In this document: piece by piece, positions 1 through 22,192 of the stretch | Position numbering within the stretch: the stretch's first letter is position 1 | Layout of the letters: each line of letters opens with the position of its first letter | Assembly (NCBI RefSeq): GCF_009914755.1 | Contig: NC_060946.1 | Length of the DNA stretch: 64,000 nucleotides | Reading direction: 5' to 3' (one strand) | DNA from: the human T2T-CHM13v2.0 reference genome, Homo sapiens | Position numbers and translations under genes: made by a program | Notes under the pieces: generated by a model | What the model saw: the letters and a program-made list of their open reading frames with translations, nothing else | Told to the model about the DNA's origin: nothing | Database searches by the model: none

Positions 1-130
1 AGCAAGTCATTGTGACCAGCACAGATTCAAGAAATGGGAGATTCGACTCTAACTGTCAATGTAAAGAGCAGCATGTGCATGCAGGGAGGAAAGAAATTAA
101 GGGCATCATCTCGAAGACTATCATATCACA
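1..130. mobile_element. Old MaLR (MLT1-type) LTR terminal fragment
   Basis: AGCAAGTCA..CAGATTCAAG..GACTC..CAGGGAGG..ATCACA resembles an MLT1 LTR terminus; recalled similarity, highly diverged. Confidence 0.4.
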
Positions 131-748
131 CCATTACTCCAACTAATGAACATTATGTTTTAGATGGGTAGTACTAGCTACTCATCTCTCCCCCAGAAAC
201 CCAACTAAGCATGGACATATTGAAGAGAATGTCAGCACCATTAAAAAAAACTCTAGAAAAATCACATGTGATGACTGAGGTTAATTCAGTCTGTCAATTA
301 CATCAATATAATTCCCTTCTTGTAACCCTAAATATGGTGAAGCAGAATTGAATTCTACAAAAGTCTTTCATCTGTTTTCCTGTGGAATAATTAACAAACC
401 CAATGAATGTATAAATAACATGAAGTCCGATTTATTTTAGATTTTTACCTCTTAATTTCAAAGCTTATAGAAATCCATAGAACTAATCATCATAATCCAC
501 AATGCCTGGACCAGAAGTCCTTGTTCTAAGAGTATCTTGTGGCATGCTAAAAACTTATTACTAACTAGGAAATTTAAAACTTTTTGTTAGTGATTTTAAG
601 AGAGCTGACTAGCTCATCACCACAATTCACACAGAGTAAGAATGGAGATTACTCTGCTGAGTGGATTGATAGTGATCGAAAAAAATCACAAAAGAGGAAA
701 GGAGATAGCGAAGGGGAAACATACTGTCAATCCCTACAACTAAAGTGA

Positions 749-1122
<374 letters not shown>

Positions 1123-1980
1123 CATCTTCTTTTAAGAAGTGTCTGCTTATATCCCTTGTCAATGTTTTAATGGAGTTGTTTTTTTAATGTTCACCTTCAC
1201 TAATCATCAGAGAAATGCAAATCAATGTGAGATACCATCTCATATTAGTCAGAATGGCTACTATTAAAAAGTAAAAAAATAACAAATTCTTGTTAGACTT
1301 CAGAGAAAATGAAATGCTTATACACTGTTTTTGAGAATGTAAATTAGTTCAGCCACTGTGAAAAGCAGTTTGGAGATTTTTCAAAGAATTTAAAACAGAA
1401 GTTCCATTCAACCAGCAATTCCATTACTGAGTACATGTCCAAAATAAAATTAAAAATTCTACAAAAAGAAACCCCACATGCACTTGCATATGCGTCATCT
1501 TGCTATTCACAATAGAGAAGGCATGGAATTAACTTATGTGTTAATCAATAAATTGGATAGAAATATGTGCCACATATACACCATAAAATACTATGCACAC
1601 ATTAAAAAGAATACAATCATGTCCTGTGCAGCAACATGCATACGTCTGGAGGCCATTATCCTAGGGAAATTAATACAGGAACAGAAAACCAAATACCACA
1701 TGTTCTTGCCTATAAGTAGGATCTAAACATGGGGTACTCAGGAATATAAAGATGACAACAATAGACACTGAGAACTACTAGATGAAGGAGGGAAGGAGGA
1801 GGGCAGGGGGTGAGAAACTATGAGTGCTATGCTTACTGCCTAGGTGATGGGATCAAATGTATCCCACAATATATGCTCACTACCTTGGTGATGGGACCAA
1901 TAATATCCCACATTGCTCAGCATCACACAATATATCCATGTAATAAACATGCAAATATACTCGGTGAATCTAAAAAAATT
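1123..1980 (+). mobile_element. 5'-truncated L1 3' end (L1PA15/16-like) with a short 5' inverted segment (about 1123-1187)
   Basis: ORF2 C-terminal remnant (LEAIILGKLIQEQKTKYHMF), 3'UTR CAATAGACACTGAGAACTACTAG, A-tail near 1972; the preceding ~65 bp is the reverse complement of the adjacent upstream L1 segment. Confidence 0.8.
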
Positions 1981-4787
1981 AAGGCAGAGACAGAATAAGA
2001 GGGCAGAATAGAAGCCTACATTCTCATCCACCACACAAAAACACCAAATTTTCACAACTCACTACATTCAAGAAGCACTGTCAAAGGGACCAAAAATTGG
2101 GTGAGCAATCACAGTACCTGGTATTAACTTCATATCACTGAAACAGACATTGGAGAAGACAAATAAATAAAAGACGATCTAGAAGCAAGTATGCCACCTC
2201 TTTTTCAACCACCAGTAGTGGCTACATCGTGCAGAGATAGTATGTTTGGGAGAGGGAGAGCATAGTTTGTGAGGCTTTGCAATAAACTCAGTACTACCCT
2301 GTCACAGTGAAAAGCAGAACCAGACTGTACTCAGCTGACATCTCCCAATGTGGGGAGCACTTGTATTGGCCTTACAAAGAGGAAAACCTCCCATCCCAGT
2401 ATTGGGAGCTTCAGTTTTTGCAAGTCTTGCCATCATGAGTTGACGTGCTATTGGACTCTAAGAGAACTTAAGGGGAATTCTAAGCCACAAGGACTTCAAT
2501 TATTAGGCAAGTCATATTCCGAGCTGGGCTCAGAGCCAGTGGAATGTGGAGGGTGGGGAGAATGGAGTCTACTGAGACAGCAGCCAGAGAAGCAAAGGGA
2601 GTGCTCACAACACCACTCCCCCACTCCCACCTCGCAGCAGCCACACAACACAGAGAAACCTGTGAATTTGGGAGAGGGAGAGCACAGTGACTGGAGGACT
2701 TTGCATTAAACTCAGTGCTGCCATGTCAGTAAAGATCTGGCAGAATTCATCACCTGCTGACTAAAGAACCCCTGTACCCAGAATAAAAAACAGTGACAAC
2801 CAGGTAATACACCATGGGCATTGGGCTCTGAGAAGCGCCAACTTCAAGTGTGACCCAGTACATTTCCAGCTGTGGGATCTATGGTGAAAGACTTCTGTTT
2901 GAGAAAAGCAGGGGGGAAAGTAAAGGGACCTCTGTGTTGCACCTGATATGCCAGCTCAACCACAGTGGGGTAGAGCACCAAGTGGATTCTTAGAGTCCCT
3001 GAGTCCAGGCCTAAGGTCTTCTTGGTCAGCATTTCTGCACTTGCCCTGGGCCAAAGGTCGAGTCCCAGACATTGCAGAATTTATCACAAGCTAATTAAAG
3101 AGTGCTTGGGCTTTAAGTGAGAAAGTGATGATGATTTGGTGGAAACCCCCCATGGGCCAGTAGTGTTGGCAGTCATAGAAGAGGCTCTTCTGCCTGCAGA
3201 CAGGGCAAGGGAGAGTAGAAAATATTTTGTCTTATTCCTTAAGTGCCAGGTTAGCTACAGTAAAATAGAAGAGCAGGTAAATTTTGAAGATTCTATGCTT
3301 TAATCTCTGGCTCCCAGGTAGCATCTGTGGACCCACTCATGGCTAGGGGAACTTGCCACCCTATAGGCAGAGATACAAACCTGGCTGGCTTTGCCACATA
3401 TTAATCACAGAGTCCTAGGGCTTTGAATAAACATATGGTAGCCAAGTAGTGTTGCAGTGGGCCTTGCGTGAGACCAAGTTCTGTGCCTACTTCAGGTGTG
3501 AACCAGCACAGTCTCAGTGGTGGTGGCCACAGGCGTGCTTATGTTACCCCAACCCCAGCTTCACATGTCTCAGCACAGAAAGAGAGACTGCTGATTTGAG
3601 GGAATGGAAGGGAAGAGAACAAGAGTTTTTATTTGATAAATCAAGAGAATTTTTCTTGATGTTAATTCAAGGCCACCAAGGCATACCTCTATGTGTTTGC
3701 ATAAACTACTGTGCTATTGGGTTTGGGACCCAAGTTGCTTTGAATACCTGGAAAGTGTTCCCAAAGATAATGGGCACTAACAAGCCCAGACTGTGAAGAC
3801 TACAGTAAAGACTGAACTGTTCAATGCCCAGATACAGATGAACATCTACATGTATCAAGGCCATCCAGGAAAACATGACCTCACCAAACAAGCCAAGTAA
3901 AGCACCAGGGACAAATCCTGGAAAAACAGAGATATGTGACCTTTCATACAGGAAATCCAAAATAGCTGGTTGTGGTAATTCAAAGAAATGTACAATATAA
4001 CACAGAGAAGGAATTCAAAATTCTATCAGATAAATTTAACAATGAGATTGAAATAAAAGAATAAAGCAGATATTCTGAAGTTAAATTGCTGTTGTCATAC
4101 TGAAGAATGGATCAGATTTACTTAAAAGAATTGACCAAGAAGAAGATAGATTTAGCGAACTTGAAGTCAGACTGTTTAAAAATACAAAGTCAGAGGAGAC
4201 AAAGAGGAAAAAAAATAAAGCATGCCTATAGAATTTAAAAAATAGCCTCAAAATAGCAAATCTAAGAGTTATTGGCCTTAAAGAGAAGGTAAAAAAAGAG
4301 ATGAGTTGAACATTTATTTAAATAAATAATATTAAATCATATTAAACAATTCCTCAACATTTGATATCAATATTCGAGTAACAAAAAGTTACAGAACATA
4401 AAGCAGATTTAACCCAAAGAAGACGACCTCAAGGCGCTTTAACTGAACTCCCAAAAGTTAAGGATAAAGAAATGATTCTAAAAGCATCGAGAGAAGAGAA
4501 ACAAATAACTTTCAGTGGAACTCCAATACATCTGACAGCAGACTTTTCAGGGGAAAATTTACAGGCTGGGAGACTGGCATGACATATTAAAAGCTGAAGA
4601 AAAAAAAGACTTTTACTTTAGAATAATGTCTCAGGCAAAAACGGCCTTTAAACTTGATGGGAAAATAAGAACTTTTTCCGACAAAAAAAAACTGAGGGAT
4701 TTCATTAACACCAGACCTGTCCTACAAGAAATGCTAAAGGGATATCTTAACCTAAAAGAAAAAAAGTTAGCGAGCAAGAAGAAATCA

Positions 4788-9524
<4,737 letters not shown>

Positions 9525-11420
9525 CTGTTTTGCTTGTTTCTTTGTTTATGCAACCAGTGTTAAATTGTCCACAGTCTAAAATCATGTATTATATTATTTT
9601 CAAGCCTCATGGTAATTTCAAATCAAAAGGTGTACCAAAGATGTACAAAAAGTAAAAAGCAAGAAATTAGATTATAATTCAAGAGAAATCACCTTCACTA
9701 AAAGGAAGACAGGAAGAAAGGAAAGAAGGAAGAGAGGGCAAAAATCAATCAGAAAACAAATGAAAAATGGCAGGAGTAAGTGCTTATCACTGATAACATT
9801 GAATTTAAATGAACTAAGTACTCCAGTCAAAAGAAAAATAGTGGATGAATGGATAGAGAAGCAGGACAATAATCTGTGACCTACAAAAAAAACACACTTT
9901 ACCTACAAAGATACATTTAGACTGAAAACAAAAGGATGGAAAAAGTTATCCCATGCCAATAGAGACCAAAAAAAGCAGAAATAGCCATACTTATACCAGA
10001 CAAAAATAGATTTCCACAAAAGACTGTAGGAAGAAATTAAAAGGTCGTTATATAATAATAAAGAGATCAATTCATCAAGAGGATATAATAATTGAAAATA
10101 TATATGCACCCAACACTAAAGCACCTAGATAAATGAAGCAAATATTATGAGCTAAAGAAAGAGACCTCAATACAATAATGGCTGGACACTTCAACACCCC
10201 ACTTTAGTCATTAGGTAGACCTTCCAGACAGAAAATAAACAAAGAAACATCAGACTTAATCTGTACTATAGAACAAATGAACCTAATAGATATTTACAGA
10301 AAATTTCATCCAACAGCTGCAGAATACACATTCTTCTCCTCAGCACATGCATTATTTTCAAGGATAGACCATATGTTAAGGAACAAGTCTAAAAACATTC
10401 CAAAAAATTGAAGTAATATCAAGCATTTTCTCTGACTACAGGGGATAAAACTAGATATCAATTAAAAAAGGAATTTAAGAAACTATATAAACACATGGAC
10501 ATTAAGCAGTATGCTCCTGAATGATTAGTAGGTTGATAAAAATGTTAAGAAGAAAATAGAAAAATTTCTTGAAACAAATGATAATGGAAACATAGCATAG
10601 AAAAACCTATGGAATATAGTTAAAGAGGTACTATTATAAAAGGAAAATTTATAACTGTAAGTGCCTACATAAAAAACAGAAAAGCTTCAAATAAATAACC
10701 TAACAATACATCTTAATTAACTAGAATAAAAGACCAAACCTAACCCAAAATTAGAAGAAAAGAAATAATAAAGATTAGAGCAGAAGTAGATAAAGTTAAA
10801 ATGACGAAAATAATGTAAAGAATTAATGAAAGAAAATGTTGATTTTTGAAAAGTAAAACAATTGACAAATATTTAAACAGGCTAACTAAAAAACAGAAAA
10901 GATACAAATTAGTAAAATCAGAGGTGAAAAAGGAGACATTACAAATAATGCTTCAGAAAAGCAAAGGATCATTAGTAAATAATATCAGCAATTGTATGCC
11001 AACAAATTAGAAAACCTAGAGGAAATTAATTCTTAGACACACACAACTTACCAAGATTTAACTAGGAAAAAAATCTAAAACCTGAACAGATCAATAACTA
11101 TTAACAAAATTAAAGCCTTAATAAAAAAAGTCTGTAGGACCAGACTGAAAACTAGAGAAGGAAAGAACATTTCCAAAGTCATTCTTTGAGGCTAGTATTA
11201 CCCTGATATCAAAACCAGACAAAGACACATTAAAAAAAGGGAACGACAGGCCCATATCTGAGAATATTGGTGGAAAAATTTGCAAAACACCTAACAAACT
11301 GAATTAAGCAATACATAAATAGGTAATTCATAATGACCAAGTGGGATTTATCCCAGGGACGTAAGGATGGGTCAACATGCAAATCAATCGATGTGATAGA
11401 TCACATAAAGAGAATGAAGG

Positions 11421-11731
11421 GGCCAGGCACAGTGGCTCACACCTGAAATCCCAGCAATTTAGGAAGCTGAGGTGGGCGGATCACCTGAGGTCAGGAGTTT
11501 AAAACCAGTCTGGCCAACAGGGCGAAGCCCCGTCTCTACTAAAATTACAAAAATTAGCCAGGTGTGGTGGTGGGCACCTGTGATCCCAGCTACTCAGGAG
11601 GCTGAAGAAGAAGAATCACTTGAACCTGGGAGGCAGAGTTTGCATTGAGCTGAGATCATGCCATTGCCCTCCAGCCTGGGTGACAGAGGGAGACTTCATC
11701 TCAAAAAAATAAAACAAAACAAAACAAAACA
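11421..11731 (+). mobile_element. AluS (Sx/Sq-like)
   Basis: GGCCAGGCACAGTGGCTCAC..CACCTGAGGTCAGGAG; (AAAAC)n tail. Confidence 0.9.
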
Positions 11732-13801
11732 AGGACAAAATCCATATAATCATTTCAATTATGCTAAAAAAGTTTTGATAAAATTTAATAGTCTTTAATA
11801 ATAAAAAAACCCTTTAAAAACTGGGTATGGAATGAACATACCTCAACATAATAAAAGTCACATTTGACAGACCCACAGCTAGTATCACACTAAGTGGGGA
11901 AAAACTAAAAGCCTTTCCTCTAAAATCTGGAAGATGACAAGAATGTCCACTTTTACCACTGTTATTCAACATAATGCTGAAAGTCCTATCTGGAGCAATC
12001 AGACAGGAGAAAGCAATAAAACGCATCCCAATTGGAAAATAAGTCAAATTACCTTTTTTTTTTTTTGCCAATTATATAATCTTATATTGGAAAAAGCATA
12101 AAGACTCCTCTGATAGGGTTTGAATGTGTGTCCCCTCCCAAATTTCATATTTAAATGTAATTCTCAATGTTGGAGATGGGCCTGGTGAAAGGTGATTTAA
12201 CCATTGGGGTGTATTACTCATAAATGGCTTAGCACCATCCCATTTGTTACTATTCTCATGATAGTGAGTGAGTTCCCATAAGATCTGGTTATTCGAAACT
12301 GTGTAACAACTCGACCCTCTGTTTTTTGCTCCTGCTTTTTGCCCTGTGATGTGCAAGACTCTGCTTCAACTTCTGCCATGACTGTAAACTTCCAGAGACC
12401 TCCCCAGGAGCATATTCCAGTGCTATGTCTTCTCTACAGCCTGTAGAATCATAAGCCACTTAAACCTACTTTGTAAAAAATAAATTATCCAGTCCCACTC
12501 TCATAGTGATGCAAAAATAGCTTAATACAGAAAATTGGCACCAAGGAATGGAAAATGGTTATAAGAATACCCCAAAATGTGGAATCAGCTTTGTAATTGG
12601 ATAAACAGGCAGAAGTTGGAAGAGTTTGTAGGATTCAGAAGACAGAAAAATGAGGGAAAGTTGAGATTTTCTTAGGGACTGGTTGAATATCTGTGACCAA
12701 AATGCTGATAGTGATCTGTACAGTGAAGCCCGGGCTGAGGAGGTCTCAGATGAAAACTAGAAACTTATTGGGACTGAAACAAAGGTCATGCATGTTGTCT
12801 TAGCAAAGTTGTTGGCTGAATTTCTGTCATGCCCTATGGATATATAAAAGTTTGAATTTGAAATTGATGATTTAGGGTTTCTGTTGGAAAAATGTCTAAG
12901 CAGCAAAGCAGTTGTGATGTGGCCTTGCTGCTTCTAACAACCTATGCTCACATGTTCTAGCAAAAAAAATAAAATAAAATAAGTAGTAACTTATACTTAC
13001 AAAAGAAGCATAGTGTAAAAGCTTGAAAACTTTGCAGCCTAGTCATGTGGCTGAAATATAAAAAGCTTTTATAAGAGAGGAACTCAAGCAGGATATGTGT
13101 CAACTACTTGTTAGAGATATTTGTATAACCTAAAAAAAAGCAAGTATTGATAGCCAAGGCAATGGGAAAGAGGAATTGAAGGCATTTTAAAAATCTAAAA
13201 GGCAGCCCCCCATCACAGGCCCTGAGGCCTAAAAGAAGAGAATAGTTTCTGGGATCAGACCTAGGACCTGCTGCCTTGGGTAGCTTTGGAACAAGACTCC
13301 CTGCTTCCTGGCCACTGCTTCAGCTCCAGGTGTAGCTCAAATTGACCCAGTTACAACTCCAGTCACTGCTTCAGAGGGTGCAAGCCATAACCTTGGTAGC
13401 TTCCATGTGGTGTTAGGCCTGTGGGTTTACCAAATGCAAGTAGTTGAGACTTGGGAGCCTCCACCTTTATTTCAAAGGATGTATGAAAAAGCCAGGGTGG
13501 TAGGAGGAGCCAAGATGGCAGAATAGGAACAGCTCCGGTCTACAGCTCCCAGCGTGAGGGACGCAGAAGCCGGGTGATTTCTGCATTTCCATCTGAGGTA
13601 CCGGGTTCATCTCACTAGGGAGTGCCAGACAGTGGGCGCAGGTCAGTGGGTGTGCTCACCGTGTGCGAGCCGAAGCAGGGCGAGGCATTGCCTCACTTGG
13701 GAAGTGCAAGGAGTCAGGGAGTTCCCTTTCTGAGTCAAAGAAAGGGGTGACAGACAGCACCTGGAAAATCGGGTCACTCCCACCCGAATACTGCGCTTTT
13801 C

Positions 13802-13951
13802 CTAAGGGCTTAAGAAACGGCGCACCCTGAGATTATAACCCGCACCTGGCTCGGAGGGTCCTATGCCCACGGAGTCTCGTTGATTGCTAGCACAGCAGTC
13901 TGAGATCAAACTGCAAGGCGGCAGCGAGGCTGGGGGAGGGGCCCCCGCCAT
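13802..13951 (-). pseudogene. L1 ORF0, prematurely terminated at 49 aa
   Basis: MAGAPPPASLPPCSLISDCCASNQRDSVGIGPSEPG matches primate L1 ORF0; TAG follows FLSP. Confidence 0.8.
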
Positions 13952-14020
13952 TGCCCAGGCTTGATTAGGTAAACAAAGCAGCCGGGAAGCTCGAACTGGG
14001 TGGAGCCCACCACAGCTCAA

Positions 14021-14707
14021 TGCAATCAACTGGAAGAAAGGGTATCAGCGATGGAAGATGAAATGAATGAAATGAAGCGAGAAGGAAAGTTTAGAGAAAA
14101 AAGAATAAAAACAAATGAGCAAAGCCTCCAAGAAATATGGGACTATGTGTAAAGACCAAATCTACGTCTGATTGGTGTACCTGAAAGTGATGGGGAGAAT
14201 GGAACCAAGTTGGAAAACACTCTGCAGGATATTATCCAGGAGAACTTCCCCAATCTAGCAAGGCAGGCCAACGTTCAGATTCAGGAAATACAGAGAACGC
14301 CACAAAGATACTCCTCGCGAAGAGCAACTCCAAGACACATAATTGTCAGATTCACCAAAGTTGAAATGAAGGAAAAAATGTTAAGGGCAGCCAGAGAGAA
14401 AGTTCGGGTTACCCTCAAAGGGAAGCCATTCAGACTAACAGCGGATCTCTCGACAGAAACCCTACAAGCCAGAAGAGAGTGGGGGCCAATATTCAACATT
14501 CTTAAAGAAAAGAATTTTCAACCCAGAATTTCATATCCAGCCAAACAAAGCTTCATAAGTGAAGGAGAAATAAAATTCTTTGCAGACAAGCAAATGCTGA
14601 GAGATTTTGTCACCACCAGGCCTGCCTTACAAGAGCTCCTGAAGGAAGCACTAAACATGGAAAGGAACAACCGGTACCAGCCGCTGAAAAATCATGCCAA
14701 AATGTAA
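14021..14707 (+). pseudogene. L1 ORF1 remnant (N-terminus deleted, internal stop)
   Basis: Begins mid coiled-coil (CNQLEERVS); TAA at about 14150 in WDYV*RP; intact C-terminus ending NHAKM. Confidence 0.9.
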
Positions 14708-14755
14708 AGACCATCGAGACAAGGAAGAAACTGCATCAACTAACGAGCAAAATAA

Positions 14756-18599
<3,844 letters not shown>

Positions 18600-20252
18600 A
18601 CAATGAGAACACATGGACACAGGAAGGGGAATATCACACTCTGGGGACTGTTGTGGGGTGGGGGGAGGGGGGAGGGATAGCATCGGGGGATATACCTTAT
18701 GCTAGATGACGAGTTAGTGGGTGCAGCACACCAGCATGTCACATGTATACATATGTAACTAACCTGCACAATTTGCACATGTACCCTAAAACTTAAAGTA
18801 TAATAAGAAAAAAGAAAAGAAAAGAAAAGAAAAAGCCAGGGTGTGCCGGCAGAGGCATGCTGCATGGGTGGAGCCCTCATGGAGATCCTCTACTAAAACA
18901 ATGGAGAAAAGAAATGTGGGGTGACAGTCCCCAGGCAGGCTCCCCACTGGGTCATGGCCTAGTAGATCTGTGAGGAGAGGATCACTGTCCTCCAGGCCCC
19001 GGAATGGTAGATCTAGCTACAGCCTGCACCTGGCACCTTGAAAAGCCAGGGGCACAGAATGCCAGCCCATGAGAGCAGCTGTGGGGGCTGAACCATGCAA
19101 AGTCACAAGGTAGAACCTTCCCAAGACATTAGTGTGCCCTGGAAATGGGACACAGAGTCAAAAATAATTATTTTGGAGCCTTACAATTCAATAACTGCCC
19201 TTCTGGGTTTCAGACTTTCATGGATCCTGTGGCCCCTTTCTTTTGGCTGATTTCTTCCTTTTAGAATAGGAGTATTTACCCAATGCCTCTGCCTCATTTG
19301 TATCTTGGAAGAACTTGGTTTTTTTTTTTACTTTACAGGCTTATAGAAGGAAGAAGTTAGCTGTGTCTTAGATGAGACTTTTGACTTTTGAGTTAAGGCT
19401 GAAATTAGTTAAGACTTTGGGGATTATAGGGAAGTCATGATTGTATTTTGAAATATGAGAAGGATATGAGATTTGGAATGGCCAGGGGCAAAATGATACA
19501 GTTTGGATGTATGTTCCCACCAAAATCTTATATTGAAATATAATCCTCAAAGTTGGAATTGGGCCTAGAGGGGAGGTGATTGAATCATGAGGGCAAGATT
19601 TCCATGAAGAGTTTGGCATCATTTCCTTTGGTGCCATTCCCACAATAGTAAGTTTTTATCAGAGCTGGTTATCTACAAGTGTGTGTAGCACTTCCCCCCT
19701 GCCCTCACACTTACCATGTGATGTGCAAGCACCGGATTTATTTTTCACCTTGTCAGTTGTCAGAGGCTTCCCCAGAAGCAGAAGCCAGTGCTATGCTTTC
19801 TGTACAGCCTGAAGAACCATGAACCAATTAAACCTATTTTCTTTATAAATTAACCAGTCACTGATTACTTTTTATAGCAATATGAGAATGGTGTAATACA
19901 TCCACCAAAAACTATTAGAAGTAATAACTTGAGTAAATTTGCAGAATACAAAATCAACATATACAAATCAGTAGGATTTCTATATGCCAACAGTCAACAA
20001 ACTGAAAAAGAATTCAAAAATGTAATACTATTTGCAGTAGCCACAAATAAAACAAAATGTGTTGGAATTTACCAAAGAAAAAAAAGTTCTCAACAGTTAA
20101 AACTGTAAAACACTGATAAAAGAAATGAAAAAGGACCCAAAAATTGGAAAGATATTTTTATGTTCACAGATTGGAAGAATCAGTATTTTTAAAAAATGTC
20201 CATACAATCCATAGCAATCTATACCTTTCATGCCATCTCTATCAAAATAACA

Positions 20253-20546
20253 GGCCAGGGGCAGTGGCTCATGCCTGTAATCCCAGCACTTTGGGAGGCT
20301 GAAGTTGGTGGATCATGAGGTCAGGAGTTCAAGACCAGCCTGGCCAATTTCGTGAAAACCCACTTCTACTAAAAATACAAAAAAATTAGCCAGGCATGGT
20401 GGCAGGTGCCTGTAATCCCAGCTACTCAGGAGGCTGAGACAAAGAATTGCTTGAACCCAGGAGGTGGAGGTTGCTGTGTGCAGGGATAACATCACTGCAC
20501 TCCAGTCTAGGTGACAGAGCAAGATGCAATCTAAAAAAAAAAAGAA
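20253..20546 (+). mobile_element. AluS (Sg-like)
   Basis: Full dimer with GGATCATGAGGTCAGGAGTTC and an A tail. Confidence 0.9.
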
Positions 20547-20867
20547 GAACACATTCCTCACAGATATAGAAAAAAAATTCTGAAATTTATATGGAAACAT
20601 CACAAAACAGCATAATAGTCAAAGCTATGCTGAGTATATAAAACAAAACTGGAGGAATTCCATTACCTGGTTTTAAATTATACTACTAAGTTATAGTAAT
20701 TAAAACAGCATGACACTAGCATAAAAACAGACATAAAGACAGATGGAACGAAATAGAGATCTTAGAAACAAACTCATACAGCTAAATTAATTTTCAACAA
20801 AAGTGCCAAGAATATACAATAAAAAATAAGACAGTTTTTATAATAAATAGGGCTGGGAAAACTGGCA

Positions 20868-21113
20868 TTCTGTGTGAGGGACAAACATTCAGACCCTCAT
20901 AGCAGTGTTCAGGAATCCCATGTGAGGGACAAACATTCAGACAACAGCAGGAGTGTTCTGGAATCCCCTGTGAGGAACAAACATTCAGACCCTCGTAGCA
21001 GTGTTCTGGAATCCTATGTGACAAACATTTAGAACCCAGCAGCATTCTGGAATCCTATGCGAGGGACAAACATTCAGACTCTCGTAGCAGTGTTCTGGAA
21101 TCCTATGGGAGGA
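20868..21113. repeat. ~48-bp tandem satellite, about 5 units (CER / D22Z3-like)
   Basis: Repeated GTGAGGGACAAACATTCAGACCCTCGTAGCAGTGTTCTGGAATCCTAT; the tandem repeat is seen directly, the family name is recalled. Confidence 0.85.
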
Positions 21114-21537
21114 ACAGCTAAATTAATTTTCAACAGAAGTACCAAGAACATACAATAAAAAATGAGACAGTTTTTGTAATAAATAGGGCTGGGAAAACTG
21201 GCAAGCCATAGGCAGAAGAATAAAACTAGAACCCTATTTCTTGCCACTTACAAAAATCAAATTAAAATGAATTAAAGACTTAAACCTAACGCCTCAAACC
21301 ATCAAACTTTTACAACAAAACATTGGGGAAACTCTTTAGGGCATTGGTTTGGGCAAAAATTCCTTAAATAATGCCCCAGAAGCACAGACAACCCAAACAA
21401 ACATGGACAAATGGGATTACAGAAAGTCAGAAAGCCTTTTTAAAGTGAAGGAAACAAGAAACATAGTGAAGAGAAAATCCACAGAATGAGAGAAAATGTT
21501 TGTAAATTATCCATCTGAAAAGCAATTAATAGCTACA

Positions 21538-22192
21538 TGATATGGTTAGGATTTGGGTCCCCACCCAAATCTCATATTGAATTGTAATCCCCAGATGTTC
21601 AGGGAGAGACTTGGTAGAAGGTGATTGGATCATGGGGGTGGTTTCCCCCATGCTGTTCTTCTGATAATGAGATCTGATGGTTTTATAAGGGACTCTTCCC
21701 CCTTTGCTTCACATACATGTTCTCTCGCCTGCTGTCATGTAAGAGGTGCCTGTTTCCCCATCTGCCATTATTGTAAGTTTCCTGAGGCCTCCCCGGCCAT
21801 ATGGAACTGTGAGTCAATTAAACCCATTTCCTTTATAAATTACCCAGTCTTGCCAGGTGTGGTGGCTCATGCCTGTAATCTCACCACTTTGGGAGGCTGA
21901 GGCGGGTGGATAACTAGGCCAGGAGTTCAAGACCAGCCTGGCCAAGATGGTGAAACCCCGTCTCCACTAAAAATACAAAAATTAGCCAGGCATGGTGTCA
22001 GGTGCCTGTAATCTCAGCTACTCAGGAGGCTGAGGCAGAGAATTGCTTGAATCAGGAGGTGGAGGTTGCAGTGAGCCGAGATTACACCACTGCACTTCAG
22101 CCTGGGCAACAGACCAAGACTTCATCACAGTAAATAAATAGATAACACAGTCTCAGGTATTTTTTATAGCAGTGCAGAAACAGACTAATACA
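21538..22192 (+). mobile_element. THE1D/MSTA-type solo LTR interrupted by an Alu
   Basis: TGATATGG...CAGACTAATACA; TSD CTACA at 21533-21537 and 22193-22197. Confidence 0.88.
21851..22140 (+). mobile_element. AluS
   Basis: Dimer with (TAAA)n tail; degenerate TSD ATAAATTACCCAGTCT / ATAGATAACACAGTCT. Confidence 0.9.

Noticed and set aside
260-300. Possible C/D-box snoRNA (GTGATGACTGA)
   Set aside because: The C-like and D-like motifs are adjacent, with no suitable spacing or terminal stem seen.
20868-21113. CRISPR-like appearance of regularly spaced repeats
   Set aside because: Whole 48-bp units repeat with no unique spacers, there are no cas genes, and the context is primate DNA; it is a satellite.
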